A stretch of 32,000 nt of DNA from Mycobacterium leprae TN (lineage in GTDB: Bacteria; Actinomycetota; Actinomycetes; Mycobacteriales; Mycobacteriaceae): positions 2,940,001 to 2,972,000 of the forward strand of contig NC_002677.1 in assembly GCF_000195855.1 (NCBI RefSeq). The letters run 5' to 3'. This document shows, piece after piece, positions 1 through 10,350 of this stretch (the first letter of the stretch is position 1; every line of letters starts with the position of its first letter). A program made the position numbers and the translations under genes. The notes under the pieces are model-generated. The model made no database searches. It was given only the letters and a program-made list of their open reading frames with translations, and was not told where the DNA came from.

Positions 1-47
1 TAGAGAACCCAGAAACAGCTGAGAAAAGCACAAACCACATGGCGATG

Positions 48-770
48 TTAGTGGAAGATCGCGGTGCAGGCGTGGAAAAAGAAAAACTCGTGGAAGCCGA
101 ATGCTGCCGGCCACGGGCTGAGCCAGCGCAGCCTGTAGAGTGATACCGACGACGAACAACAACACTCATAGCTCATGGCGGCCACCACGGCATTGTGCCG
201 GATCGTGCCGGTTGTACCACACCGCCACCCAACCCAGGAGCCGGGTAGAGTGGCACTCTCATCCAGCCCCAGCGCGGTGCCGTCGGCCAACACATCTTCG
301 GCAAAATGCCGTCCAGCTCGCCGCCCCATACGATCCACAGCACCACTCGCCCTGAGACTCAGGCGGCATGGTCAGTAGTGCGAAGGAAGGATAGCTACCG
401 CAATTAACACGAAGATCATCGAATGATCCAGCACGCCTCAACTATTTCTGAGCGGTCGCGGGTTTCCAGTTGATGCGATGGTTAGGTGGTGCTGATACTG
501 AACAGTGGCCGCAGTGTAGGCGAACGTAGCAAGCTGAGCGCGGTGGATGCCACCGCCTATTAGACAGCAACCAGTGACGCACCCGCAAGGGCAGCGATTA
601 ACGCGGAATAAACGTGGATCCAGCCTTGAAACGAGGCTTGTGGCGAGGTGTGGTCAGGAAGCGGGCGACGCCTTTTACAACCTGAAAGTGGCATTAGCCG
701 GCGCCGAGCCTGACGATTCAGTCTCCGCGTTGCTAACCGTGCCGACCTGACCGTTCATTTCCTCTGTCTG
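48..770 (-). pseudogene. Hemolysin-III (HlyIII/YqfA) family membrane protein remnant, Rv1085c-like, frameshifted
   Basis: The minus ORF 48..338 ends in ...[29 protein letters not shown], the conserved HlyIII C-terminal NPWP..FGFHE.FH motif. The adjacent minus ORF 259..441, in another frame, carries ..VNCGSYPSFALLTMPP, which resembles the IAGTYTPFALL helix. The frame switches near 338-345. It lies divergent to the Rv1086-like gene, as in M. tuberculosis. The upstream boundary is estimated from the typical ~240 aa length. Confidence 0.55.
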
Positions 771-903
771 CCTCCCCCTCCGTTGAGTTGCCATTGGCCA
801 ATGTGAATCCCAGTAACCTGGCACGTTTATCGCACAGACCCGACGTGATATAGCAGGAAATGCAGACCGGACTTTGTTGCTTGTCACAGTAGGGTAGATG
901 TTC

Positions 904-1692
904 GTGGAGATCATTCCGCCACGGCTCAAAGAGCCATTGTATGCGCTCTATGAGTTGCGGCTGCGACAGGGTCTGACAGCCTCGGAATCCCGACTTCCTC
1001 GCCACATCGCGGTCCTGTGTGACGGAAACCGGCGGTGGGCCCGCGACGCTGGATACGACGATGTCAGCTACGGCTACCGGATGGGCGCGGCCAAGATCGC
1101 TGAAATGCTGCGGTGGTGCCAAGAAGCCGGCATCGAAATGACCACGGTCTATCTGCTATCCACGGAAAACTTGCAACGCGATCCCGATGAGCTGGCCGCA
1201 CTAATCGAGATCATCACTGATGTGGTTGAGGAAATCTGCGCACCTGCCAATCGCTGGAGTGTGCGTACCGTCGGTGATTTGGAACTACTTGGCGAGGAAC
1301 CAGCCTGTCGACTGCGCGGCGCGGTGGAATCCACACCAGGTGTAGCGCCGTTCCATGTCAATGTCGCGGTGGGTTACGGAGGTCGCCGCGAGATAGTCGG
1401 CGCGGTACGTGCGTTGTTGGGCAAGGAACTCGCCAACGGGGCCACTGCCGAGGAGCTTGTCGAGGCGGTGACCGTTGAAGGCATTGCCAGGAACCTGTAT
1501 ACCTCTGGCCAACCTGACCCCGATCTGGTGATCCGCACCTCAGGGGAGCAACGCCTGTCCGGGTTTTTGCTGTGGCAGAGTGCGTATTCAGAGATGTGGT
1601 TCACCGAAACGCACTGGCCCGCATTCCGGCGGGTCGATTTCCTGCGCGCGCTGCGCGATTACAGCATGAGGCACCGTCGGTACGGCAAGTAG
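904..1692 (+). CDS. Short-chain Z-isoprenyl (Z-farnesyl) diphosphate synthase, cis-prenyltransferase/UppS family, Rv1086 ortholog
   Basis: The 898..1692 ORF has the motifs HIAVLCDGNRRWA and RTSGEQRLSGFLLWQSAYSE and is near-collinear with my recollection of Rv1086 (..EIIPPRLKEPLY.LYELRLRQGL..). I prefer the GTG at 904, which gives V-EIIPP, 262 aa, with AGGG about 10 nt upstream. The ATG at 898 lies only 3 nt from that purine run. Confidence 0.9.
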   Translation: MEIIPPRLKEPLYALYELRLRQGLTASESRLPRHIAVLCDGNRRWARDAGYDDVSYGYRMGAAKIAEMLRWCQEAGIEMTTVYLLSTENLQRDPDELAALIEIITDVVEEICAPANRWSVRTVGDLELLGEEPACRLRGAVESTPGVAPFHVNVAVGYGGRREIVGAVRALLGKELANGATAEELVEAVTVEGIARNLYTSGQPDPDLVIRTSGEQRLSGFLLWQSAYSEMWFTETHWPAFRRVDFLRALRDYSMRHRRYGK

Positions 1693-3520
1693 CGGCCGGC
1701 GGCGAAGGTCTTAGTCAGTGGGGGCACAAGTGACACAACCTATGCGTGATTGCGCTGTCAGTGGTTGTATTCACGCTCAGCGGGTGGCTAGGGTTTTGTA
1801 TCTGCTTGCTCGTTATCCGCCAACAAGCTGGTGCTCGCATTGAGGCGGCGATCGTACTGTGTGTTTTAGCGCTGTTAGTAGCGAGTAGCGTTCGACGTGG
1901 TGCGGACCGTCAGTGGTGCACGCACCCAGTTGCTTAGTCAGCTCGAGATCTACCTGGTTGTCCCCGGTCCCCGGGCTTGGCTTGGTTACGCAGTACTCGT
2001 AGAGCTGTCCTGTCCGCCTGAAACCGCTAGAGCGCGCACCGTTGAACTGTTGTTGGTCGGCCCCCGCTGTTGGTGCACTCACTCTGCTCGGTGCGACGAT
2101 GGCCGGCAATGTCAACGGACCGCTGGGGCAGGGTCACTGGCTGATGTGCGCGGTGATCTCGATAGTCCGTGCTGGATGCCATGGTGGCGGCAATACGACG
2201 GCCTACCCAGAAGGCCGGTACTGGTTGGCCGCAGTGGCCTCGGACTGGTTGTAGCCACGCTATTTCTTTTTCTTTGCGCTGGGCGAAGCTATCCTGGTTA
2301 TACCGCTCGGCCTGGCTCCCGGCTGGTTGGGATCTTGGCGCGGGACGGGTTTCGACGTGCTGCTGGGTCTCGCCGCAGCTCTGTGAGATGCCTTGAATGA
2401 GAGGCACGCGCTGCGTACCAACATGTTGTATCCGTTTGCTGGCTGTTCGGTGGTGGCGCTGTTTGGTGGCCAGGCCCTACTCGGCCTGGCGGCACAACCA
2501 GCAACGAACCCACCGCACAGATCTAACTGACGGTGTTGCTGGTCGCTAGCCTGGTAATCTCGATACTAGTGCAAGTGCTGGCAGATCTATTGGTCGGGAT
2601 TTTAACCTGCTGGCGTTCTCCAAGTTCCTCACGCTGCGTGCTGACCGAGCCGCGCTACGACTACACTGGTGCAGCACCGCCGCTGCGGTCGGCTGCGCCC
2701 CTGGTCGATGGCGACTAGAAGCCATTGATAAGACCACCCGCTAGGCGCTGGGCTACTACAGTGACCTAGCCGAACTGGCCGTCAGCCAGCTGGACCGCAT
2801 TGCCGGTGATCGATAAGCGACTTGCCGATCGTAACGCGCCCGACCATCCGCTGGAGCGGGTCAACGAAGTCCAGGCTGTTCTCGCCGACCGCATTAGGCG
2901 GCACAAGCCGCACAACGCTGGCGACTTCGTAATCACCAAACAGTACCGCTACTACAACTCGCTGTATTTCCCATACGTGTCAGTGATTCGGCTAGGTGAT
3001 CTTGCGCGCCGATACGCTACCGGCGCGCAAAAGTTGTGTGGGCTTTTGAAAATAGTTGACGTAGTCAAAATCGGAAATAGACGGATGAGCTACCTGGTCC
3101 TTACTATGGGCAGCAGTACGTATATAGTGTCACGAATATATGTGGCAGTGTTTCGGTGGCACCCCACCCAACTGTCGCTCCAAGGAAATAATCACATGAC
3201 CGCTATCCTCGGTCAGCGAGCCAGACCCCTGTACGACTCGACCGACTGGCTGCCACGTTTTTCCATGTGTCCTGTGATGCCACGTTGATGTGATTGCCCG
3301 GTTTGGTCGTCGCCTTCACAGTCGACGAAATTTCGTCGCTGACCAGGTTGACATCTGGCCAGGAATACGCCATGAGTGTCTTCTTCGTGCTCTATGCACT
3401 AATTATGGCGTTCAGTTTTACTACGCTGAGCATCTACATACGGTTCAAGGACTTGGAGTTGCGCTACGCGTGTTTGGCTCGCGTCGTTGCGCTGGAAGGA
3501 GCGCGCGCGCCCGAGCCGTT

Positions 3521-4200
3521 CTAGGGTGTTGTGGGTGTTTCATAGGTGGTGGGTGAAATGGCTGTTTTTGCGTTTTATGACTGGCCGATATGTTCGGTAG
3601 TCGTGGGGGGCAGCCCGGAATCCTGTTGACGTGTTTTGCTGTGTTGCGGGGTTTTTGTTGGTGGGTGGCTGACTGCCTGCTTTCGATGAGGCTTCGTGTG
3701 CTTTGCCGCAGTGGACACGATTAGCGCGGCGCACGTAAGCATGTCGGTGGTGGGTGCTGCTTGGTCTACATGTTGATGATGCCAGGGGCTGGGCACCTGG
3801 GCTGTGCTGAAGGCGATATCGATGCAGGCGTGGGTGTGAGGGTAGTTGTTAGCGCCGCGGGGTAGGGGCGTTTTAGTGTGCATGTCATGGCCTTGAGGTG
3901 TCGGCGTGGTCAATGTGGCCGCACCTGAACAGGCACGTCCCCGTGCACGGTATAACTATTCGCACCTGATGTTATCCCTTGCACCATTTCTGCCGCTGGT
4001 ATCGGTGTCGGCGGCTTGTTGACCGGCCCTCAGCCAGCAAGCAGGCATGCCGCCGGGTGCAGCAGTATCGTGTTAGTGAACAGTGCATCGATGATCCGGC
4101 CGTCGGCGGCACATACGGCAACCTTCTAGCGCAGATCAACCACCCACACCCCACCAGCCCACCACAACACCACCACCCAAACCAAACCAGCAAAAAATAA
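3521..4200. repeat. RLEP dispersed repeat (M. leprae-specific multicopy element), apparently full core
   Basis: There are exact matches to the RLEP PCR oligos as I recall them. tgcatgtcatggccttgagg lies at 3879-3898 and tgaggtgtcggcgtggtc at 3894-3911. The reverse complement of cagaaatggtgcaaggga lies at 3975-3992 and that of caccgataccagcggcagaa at 3988-4007. These reproduce the 129-bp and 99-bp amplicon sizes. The qPCR oligo gcagcagtatcgtgttagtgaa lies at 4059-4080, the probe tcgatgatccggccgtcggcg at 4088-4108, and the reverse complement of cgctagaaggttgccgtat at 4113-4131. The left end is G/T-rich and the right end C/A-rich. The exact termini are uncertain. Confidence 0.92.
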
Positions 4201-5486
4201 CCACCATGTAGTCTACCCGACTTCCGTAACCATAATTGTCAATAGCGCGGACGTTGCCGGCGCCTATCCGATGAAGCTGCGTATTTCAAAGTTCTACATT
4301 CATCTAAGACGCCGGACTAAATACCCCATCAACGGGTGATCGACAACGTCGGACAGTGCCAGTACTGCGAGGCCAGTCGCGTCAAACCGCTCGTAAAGAC
4401 GATTACCAGGCGTTTTAACAGGTGTTCCTGGATTCCAGGCTGGCACTTCACTACCTGGGAAGCTCTTTCGTCAGGAAACAACAAAGCATCGGGGTGGCAC
4501 GCGCGCTGGCCGGTTAATCGACCAAATCCTGTTTATGTACTAGCCATTCTCGGACGTCGACAACGTGGTTCGTCATGAATTGCAGAACGAAGTATTGTGT
4601 TTACAAAGCGAATCTGGCAAAACCATTTCGTTCGTCACGAAGGATATCAATGGGGCACTAAGCTCACCGACAAAGAAGCGGTGTTCAGTCGAGACGGTGT
4701 GCTCCAGCAGTTCGACAAGCCTGTGCGGCTGCTGTCGGAGCTGGCCAATGAACTCATGGCGAAGTATCGGACTCAGCCGTTAGCTATCCGGTGGTTGCAG
4801 CTCATCGACGCGACCGTCCTGGCCGCTGCACGGTATCGAACGAATCCCTGCGCACGGCCTCGCCGATCCTGGCAACACACAACTTCTGGCCGGTTGTATG
4901 CTAGTCGTCAACGAGGACTCGCCGTTGAACTGTATCGACAGCTAAAGGCCTGCGGCGGTACCGTGCCGGCGTGTAGTTGTCCGACAGTATCGGTGCTGTT
5001 CCAGCCGTTCGGAAATCTAAGCTGAGCACTGAATGCGGCGCCGTTCTCGCCGACATCCGTAGACGTCACGATTAACGGCTAGAGCAACGTCATTGGCGGC
5101 ATATTGACCACAAAGTGCTGACCGCAGTCAAAGCCCGGCGGCGAGCCGGAACGGGGCATCATACTTGCACTATCTACTTTTCCCCCTCGGACTACACGCA
5201 GGCACTAACAGTGGTACGTATGCGATTGTCGTAAGTCTCGATGCTGTTCGAGCTCATTAATCGCCGGGGTGCTAGTGCAACACGCTCCGATTCCGCTACG
5301 AGGCCAACGTAATGGTCGCGCTGAACGCCTAACCCCGCTGCGCTGCTGATGCGGGCGGTGCCCGAAGCCCTGGACGAAGTACCCACCCCAGGTGCAGCAC
5401 GCGGCGACCACAGTCGCCCGGATACTGTTAAATTGAGCTGCTGCTATCTCTTACGGTGTTTATCGCCAATTTGCGGGTGGTACTAT

Positions 5487-5555
5487 ATAATACTGTAGTG
5501 AACGACATCATAATACTGTAGTGAACGACATCATAATACTGTAGTGAACGACATC
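5487..5555. repeat. Perfect tandem repeat, 23 bp x 3 (ataatactgtagtgaacgacatc)
   Basis: The copies at 5487-5509, 5510-5532 and 5533-5555 are identical. Unit length and copy number match the naming of the M. leprae VNTR locus '23-3'. Confidence 0.95.
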
Positions 5556-6686
5556 GTGGTGGTACCGGTGGGCGGCATCCAAGATTTGGGAGCGGATTTA
5601 CGGCCAAACTACAAAAAATCAATAAAAAACGATCAGGTCTTTGCTAGCATCATCGCACTGTTTGTGCTTCGAATCGCCATCGATATGGCTGGTTACTCCC
5701 ACGCTGAAAGCATACCACACGGACTGCCCGTCGGTGGCGTTCGTACTGGCCCCGATCGTGGGCGGTGCGCGATGTACTTTGTGGCACAGGCGGTGTCGTA
5801 CCTGCTGATCGCCTACTTGAACTTTACCTGGCCGACCCACGCACATCTTGAAACATCTGGAGTCCGCTCACAGTCACAATGGCGGGGGCCTAGTAGCTGC
5901 TCGCTGTCCCAAGCTGGCTGCTTACGGGCACACTCAGCCGCAACATCCTGCTGATGGTGGGTACCAGTCAACGGACTGTGCGCACCACCAACGCTGGGTA
6001 TGATGCTGCTGTTCAGTCCGGGCCCGGGCCGCTGCTGGTTGCTCTGATGGCACTGGGTGTCCTGTCACTCCTGACCGGCAACTACACTGACGTAGCCAAT
6101 GGTGATCCGCCGGTACTCAATGCCGCCCGCTTTAATAGCCATGACGGAAGCAGAGGTACTGCTGCAGGTCGAAGTCCCTAACACGCTGCCATTAACCGCT
6201 AGACGTGCTGCGCAGCACAACCCTGCAGCTAAACAGCGACGACCGCTATGTTGGCCGCGTACGGCACGCCTAAGTAGACTAGGTGGGTTATCTCATAGGC
6301 GGAACCAAAGTCCGTGCATTTCACCTCACCCTGGTCTGTGCACTGGATAGTCGCTGCGTTGGCGCTGACCCTTGACATACTACTACTAGTACTAGCTAGC
6401 GTCGGCGGTGTGGGTATCGATACCCGGCGCCCATTGAACTGCGTAAACGCATCGGTCTGCGAGAGCGCAAACTGGTCCACAGCGAAGTCCGCACTTAACC
6501 AACAAGCACACCGCTGTACGTGGGCACGTTTTACGGTAGAGGGATGAACCGCGCCGGTGACGACACAGAAGCCTAGCAAGGAGGAGGGGCGGCTGCACAT
6601 GGACGCAGCGTCCTCTAATCCAACGTGCTCCTGGCTGGCGATGTTAACTTGGCGCACACAGGTATGTCTCCGCGCATGGAATCGGT

Positions 6687-7192
6687 GTGATTGCGTTGTC
6701 CGACAAACGCATCAGGGCTCATGGTCGTATCGTCGCCGCGGCCACCGCAACTAATCTGGCGTTCGGCGCCTTTCACGAAGTGCAGACCGATGAGACTGGC
6801 GCCACCAAGCGTTTCGGATATGACCGTCACGCTAGCCGTGCGAAAACGTCAGCTTGCCTATCGCCCGCGGCGAAAAAAAACATGCGGTCGGTGACTGGTC
6901 CACCAGGGGCAAACGTGGAGCATACAATGACGCGCTCGACGTCGACGTGGTGTTTAGTGCGTCCTTCAATGCCCTACCGATCCGCCGCCTCGGTCTACAC
7001 GAACGGGTGGAAGAAATCATTTTGTCGATGGTTTATGCACGAGTGCCTGAGCTGCCCGTCGCAGCCGACACCGTGAGCTACACCAGCTCAATACACCTTG
7101 ACGGAATCAAGTTGCGTTCACCGGTCAGGAACACCATCGTCGATGCCGACGCGTTTATCATGGACTACCCAGGCTTGGCAGAGCGGATCTGA
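6687..7192 (+). pseudogene. Conserved hypothetical protein, split into two overlapping frames (position suggests Rv3755c-like)
   Basis: ORF 6687..7076 (VIALSDKRIRAHGRIVAAATATNLAFGAFHEVQTDETGATKRFGYD..) has a protein-like N-terminal part. It then degenerates, while ORF 6854..7192 in the +1/-2 frame carries a protein-like C-terminal part (..DVDVVFSASFNALPIRRLGLHERVEEIILSMVYARVPELP..). The switch region contains an A8 homopolymer at 6873-6880. The gene converges on the tyrA 3' end. I do not recognise the family. Confidence 0.5.
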
Positions 7193-8180
7193 TCACCCCA
7201 CCTGCTCGGCCTGCAGCCGCCAGGTCTTCGCGCCAATTCTCCGCGCCGATGATGACGGTGACGATGTCGGAGCGCGGGAAGCTGTCGTAACGCGCGCGCG
7301 CGGCATGGCCCGCTTCGACGAGTTCAGCCACTGAATTGTTGCAAGCCAGGGAGTCGCGGGCACGGCAAAGCAACTCGATGACCCGGTCGACGGACGACAG
7401 CAGTTGGCCGGAGTTTCCTTCGCACATCGCACGCACTAAGTCCGGAGCGGTTCCGGCTACTCGGGTGGCGTCACGGAACGATCCTGCCGCCACCGCGAAC
7501 GCCAGCGGAACCTCAGCGGCGGCTACAGCCAAAGCTTCAGCGAGCAAGTGCGGCATATGCGAAATGGCAGCTGCAGCGGCGTCGTGCTCGTCGGATTTTG
7601 CCGGTAATACCAGCGCGCCGCAATCCAACGCCAATGTCATAACCATTGACCACACCGCGGGGTCCACATGGTCGTCTACACTAAGCACCCAGGAAGTCCT
7701 GTTGAACAACCCGCCATGTCCGGCGCCCCAACCCGATTGCGCAGTGCCGGTCATCGGGTGACCACCGACGAAGCGGGCCTGCAAACCAACCGAAACAACC
7801 GCGTCGAGCACCGCGGTTTTGACGCTGGTAACATCAGTGAGCGGACAGTTGGGCGCCAATTCGCGAATGTGGGCGAGCATGGCCGGCAATGCCGGCATCG
7901 GCACAGCCAGCACGATCAATGCGTGGGTATCGGCGGCGCGAACTAACGCGTCAGCAAGTTTGGTAGTGGCGTCAAAACCGTCTGACCGAGCGCTCTGCGC
8001 GCCTTTCACTGAACGATTATAGCCGAAAACCTCACGACCGGCCTCCGCCGTGGCCCGCATGATCGATCCGCCGATCAATCCCAGCCCAAGCACGCACACC
8101 GGTCGCCCGACGCAGTCCCAGCCACCATCCAAGATTGACACAGTTTGCGGGTCGTGGTTGCCCCAAGTGCTGTCGATCAC
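7158..8180 (-). CDS. tyrA: Prephenate dehydrogenase
   Basis: The 340-aa ORF has the Rossmann motif [12 protein letters not shown] and the motif [15 protein letters not shown]. It is collinear with my recollection of Rv3754. The start is taken as the ATG at 8180, since no alternative ATG precedes the Rossmann fold. Confidence 0.9.
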   Translation of the reverse strand: MIDSTWGNHDPQTVSILDGGWDCVGRPVCVLGLGLIGGSIMRATAEAGREVFGYNRSVKGAQSARSDGFDATTKLADALVRAADTHALIVLAVPMPALPAMLAHIRELAPNCPLTDVTSVKTAVLDAVVSVGLQARFVGGHPMTGTAQSGWGAGHGGLFNRTSWVLSVDDHVDPAVWSMVMTLALDCGALVLPAKSDEHDAAAAAISHMPHLLAEALAVAAAEVPLAFAVAAGSFRDATRVAGTAPDLVRAMCEGNSGQLLSSVDRVIELLCRARDSLACNNSVAELVEAGHAARARYDSFPRSDIVTVIIGAENWREDLAAAGRAGGVIRSALPSLGSP

Positions 8181-8229
8181 GAGCAGTCATCTGGTCAAGG
8201 GACCCGGTCGGCGACTAGCGTAAGCGCCC

Positions 8230-8751
8230 ATGGGGGCAGAACGGGCGTCGGCGAAAGTCCCAGCGGCAGACATGCCGGACGGTTTCGGCGTTGCGGTTGT
8301 GCGAGAAGAGGGTCAGTGGCGTTGTTCTGCGATGGCCTCCAAGTCGTTGACGAGCCTGACGGCAGCCGAGACGGAACTGCGTGAGCTGCGGAGTGTGGGA
8401 GCAGTCTTTGGTCTCCTGGACGTCGACGACGAATTCTTCATCATCCTGCGCCCAGCACCGTCCGGTACCAGGTTGCTGCTGTCGGACGCTACCGCCGCGC
8501 TGGACTATGATATCGCCGCCGAAATTTTGGACAGTTTAGACGCCGAAATTGATCCCGAGGACCTCGAGGATGCATACCCCTTTGAGGAAGGCGACCTGGG
8601 GTTGTTGTCCGATGTAGGGCTACCAGAGGCGACGCTGGGGGTCATCCTCGATCAGACCGACCTGTACGCCGACGAGCAACTGGGCCACATTGCCCGTGAG
8701 ATGGGCTTTGCCGAGCAGCTGTCAGCGGTGATCAACCGCCTTGGTCGGTGA
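8230..8751 (+). CDS. Conserved acidic protein, Rv3753c-like (tRNA adenosine deaminase-associated protein family)
   Basis: The 173-aa ORF contains ..MPDGFGVAVVREEGQWRC..LLDVDDEFFIILRPAPSGTRLLLSD.. and sits immediately upstream of tadA. Its stop overlaps the tadA start (GTGA at 8748-8751). The alternative start ATG at 8272 (MPDGFGV) is at least as likely as 8230. Confidence 0.8.
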   Translation: MGAERASAKVPAADMPDGFGVAVVREEGQWRCSAMASKSLTSLTAAETELRELRSVGAVFGLLDVDDEFFIILRPAPSGTRLLLSDATAALDYDIAAEILDSLDAEIDPEDLEDAYPFEEGDLGLLSDVGLPEATLGVILDQTDLYADEQLGHIAREMGFAEQLSAVINRLGR

Positions 8752-9281
8752 CCGCAAACGCAGCGATGCCGAGCGCAGCGGGGCGCCGCCATCAGACCCG
8801 ATCGGTTACCACTGACGAAGATTTGATCCGTGCCGCACTAACAGTTGCCACGACGGCGGGGTCGCGCGATGTACCGATTGGGGCAGTGGTCCTCGGCGCC
8901 GACGGAAACGAACTCGCCCGGGCAGTAAATGCCCGTGAAGCCATTGGCGATCCCACCGCGCACGCCGAAATTTTGGCAATGCGGGCGGCGGCCGGTACAC
9001 TAGGCAATGGATGGCGGCTGGAGGGGACTACGTTGGCAGTCACCGTTGAACCGTGCACCATGTGCGCGGGTGCTCTGGTCCTGGCACGTATCGAGCGACT
9101 GGTGTTTGGAGCCTGGCAACCCAAGACCGGAGCGGTCGGGTCGCTGTGGGATGTGGTCCGCGACCATAGACTCAACCATCGCCCAGCCGTACGCGGCGGA
9201 GTGCTTGCTCAGGAGTGCACAGCACCACTGGAGGCGTTCTTTGCTCACCAGCGATTGAGTAAAGGGCCGCCGGTTCGGTAA
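8748..9281 (+). CDS. tadA: tRNA-specific adenosine deaminase (CMP/dCMP deaminase zinc-binding family), Rv3752c-like
   Basis: The zinc-binding motifs HAEILAMR and PCTMCAGAL are present. The GTG at 8748 overlaps the upstream stop. The internal ATG at 8766 is a possible alternative start. Confidence 0.85.
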   Translation: MTANAAMPSAAGRRHQTRSVTTDEDLIRAALTVATTAGSRDVPIGAVVLGADGNELARAVNAREAIGDPTAHAEILAMRAAAGTLGNGWRLEGTTLAVTVEPCTMCAGALVLARIERLVFGAWQPKTGAVGSLWDVVRDHRLNHRPAVRGGVLAQECTAPLEAFFAHQRLSKGPPVR

Positions 9282-9297
9282 ACTACCCAATGGTAAT

Positions 9298-9388
9298 GGT
9301 GGTGTGTCCGAGCGGCCTAAGGAGCACGCCTCGAAAGCGTGTGACGGCAAAAACCCGTCCGAGGGTTCAAATCCCTCCGCCACCGCCA
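9298..9388 (+). tRNA. tRNA-Ser (anticodon CGA), long variable arm, CCA encoded
   Basis: The acceptor stem ggtggtg/cgccacc pairs 7 bp with one G-U. The D-arm is gtccgagcggcctaaggag. The anticodon stem-loop is cacgc-ctCGAaa-gcgtg. The variable arm is long, and the T-arm is gaggg-ttcaaat-ccctc. The discriminator is G, followed by CCA at 9386-9388. Confidence 0.92.
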
Positions 9389-10229
9389 AAGTTACCCGCA
9401 AAAAATTGCCGGTAGACCCCTACTGTGATGCTGCGCAGCAGCTCAATTACCACCGAACTTGGCCATCACGCCATTGTGTTGGACTGACCGAGGAGAGTCC
9501 ACAAGCACGGCGTCGAATCCGACTTTCTTCGCAAGCTGGTAGTCCGTCGGCTGTTTTCACGACAAAACATGACGTTCACCCCAGGAGGCAATTTGAAACA
9601 CGCGACGGCGACCGGGTCTTACAAATCAGCGTTAGCCGGATTTGACCGGCACGAGCGGTGAATTTTCGGTGACAGTCACATCAGAATGCAGTTCAAATCC
9701 TGCCCACTTACCTGCCTGGGATGCCGGGTCGCAGCGCTGGCTCAACGCCATGTTGAGCAGGTGCAGACTTGCTAGGGTATATCACGACTTGTGGTGAACC
9801 CGCAGTCCCTGCTCCTGAAAAGCCAAGCTAGTGATGACCCTATCGGTGAAGTAGAGGGTCGACCGCAGGACAGTTGCCCATCCTAGCCTAATCTTATTCA
9901 ACACCTCCGCGACCGCTGAGACCAGCAGCTGCTGGGAGGCATCTGCTCGATATCGAGAAACAGCGTTATATCCGGTGGAACCGCGGCGATGATTTGACTC
10001 TAGCGGCCAGTATCGGTGTGGCCCGTTGGCGGTACGGATAACCATCGACGCCTGGCTCACCTCGCGTTGAGTTTGCTGCAGTTGCTAGGCAATCTCAGCA
10101 TTGACAAGTCCTGTGCAGTCGGTTTATATCTGCTAGATAAGCCTGTCGATAAAACGCCAGCACCCCATCGCTACTGGCCTGCACAGGAAGCCACACACCA
10201 CCCACGCCAGATAGGACCGCAGTCGGTAG

Positions 10230-10350
10230 TCGCTGCGACAGTATTTGCCGGGAAGTCACCGTGCCCCGCGGCGCGCGATGATCGATGATCAGCGGCTCGT
10301 CGGCTGACACAGACACCTAAGCATCCACCACACCGCAAGCCCCTCTCAAG
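10230..10350. repeat. Degenerate RLEP-related fragment (resembles the right end of RLEP)
   Basis: By-eye alignment of 10271-10345 with RLEP 4085-4160 finds shared atcgatgatc, cgtcggc, acaca/acata and cct..ag, followed by a C/A-rich caccacacc..agccc tail. Identity is roughly 70-75% with small gaps. It is followed by a C/A-rich tract running to about 10520. Confidence 0.35.

Noticed and set aside
792-803. 12-nt perfect palindrome cattggccaatg, about 100 nt upstream of the prenyl synthase gene
   Set aside because: Several 6+6 palindromes are expected by chance in 32 kb. I recognise no matching regulator site.
2800-3288. 162-aa plus-strand ORF starting at a TTG just left of RLEP
   Set aside because: I recognise no domain. 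Codon bias is coding-like only in the first ~50 codons and then drops in an AT-rich stretch (3040-3140). It is most likely a chance ORF over a decayed remnant, so I did not call it.
4336-5025. Two consecutive plus-strand ORFs (80 aa and 142 aa) right of RLEP that might be one frameshifted gene
   Set aside because: Both strands give equally protein-like translations with similar GC3, and I cannot name a family for either. The region is left as unassigned decayed DNA.
5487-5555. Whether the 23-bp direct repeats could be a CRISPR array
   Set aside because: The copies are strictly tandem with no spacers, and no cas genes lie nearby. It is a minisatellite.
5950-6400. Possible LpqH (19-kDa lipoprotein) family remnant. 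GTSQRTVR..TTNAGY and TDVANGDPPVL resemble DGKDQNVTG..TTAAGN and LTDGNPPEV, and VGYLIGGTK resembles SHYKITGTA
   Set aside because: Only short, gapped resemblances spread over several frames support it. That is not enough for a feature call without a search.
7336-7761. 141-aa plus-strand ORF inside tyrA
   Set aside because: It is an antisense shadow with Ala/Ser-rich low complexity.
9686-9712. tRNA T-arm-like sequence gcagttcaaatcctgcccacttacc, 326 nt downstream of tRNA-Ser, which could be an att duplication or a second tRNA
   Set aside because: Only gttcaaatcc is shared with the tRNA-Ser 3' end, and the flanking bases differ. The T-stem needs an 8-nt loop, and no matching 5' acceptor strand exists upstream. 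It is not a tRNA and not an exact att repeat.
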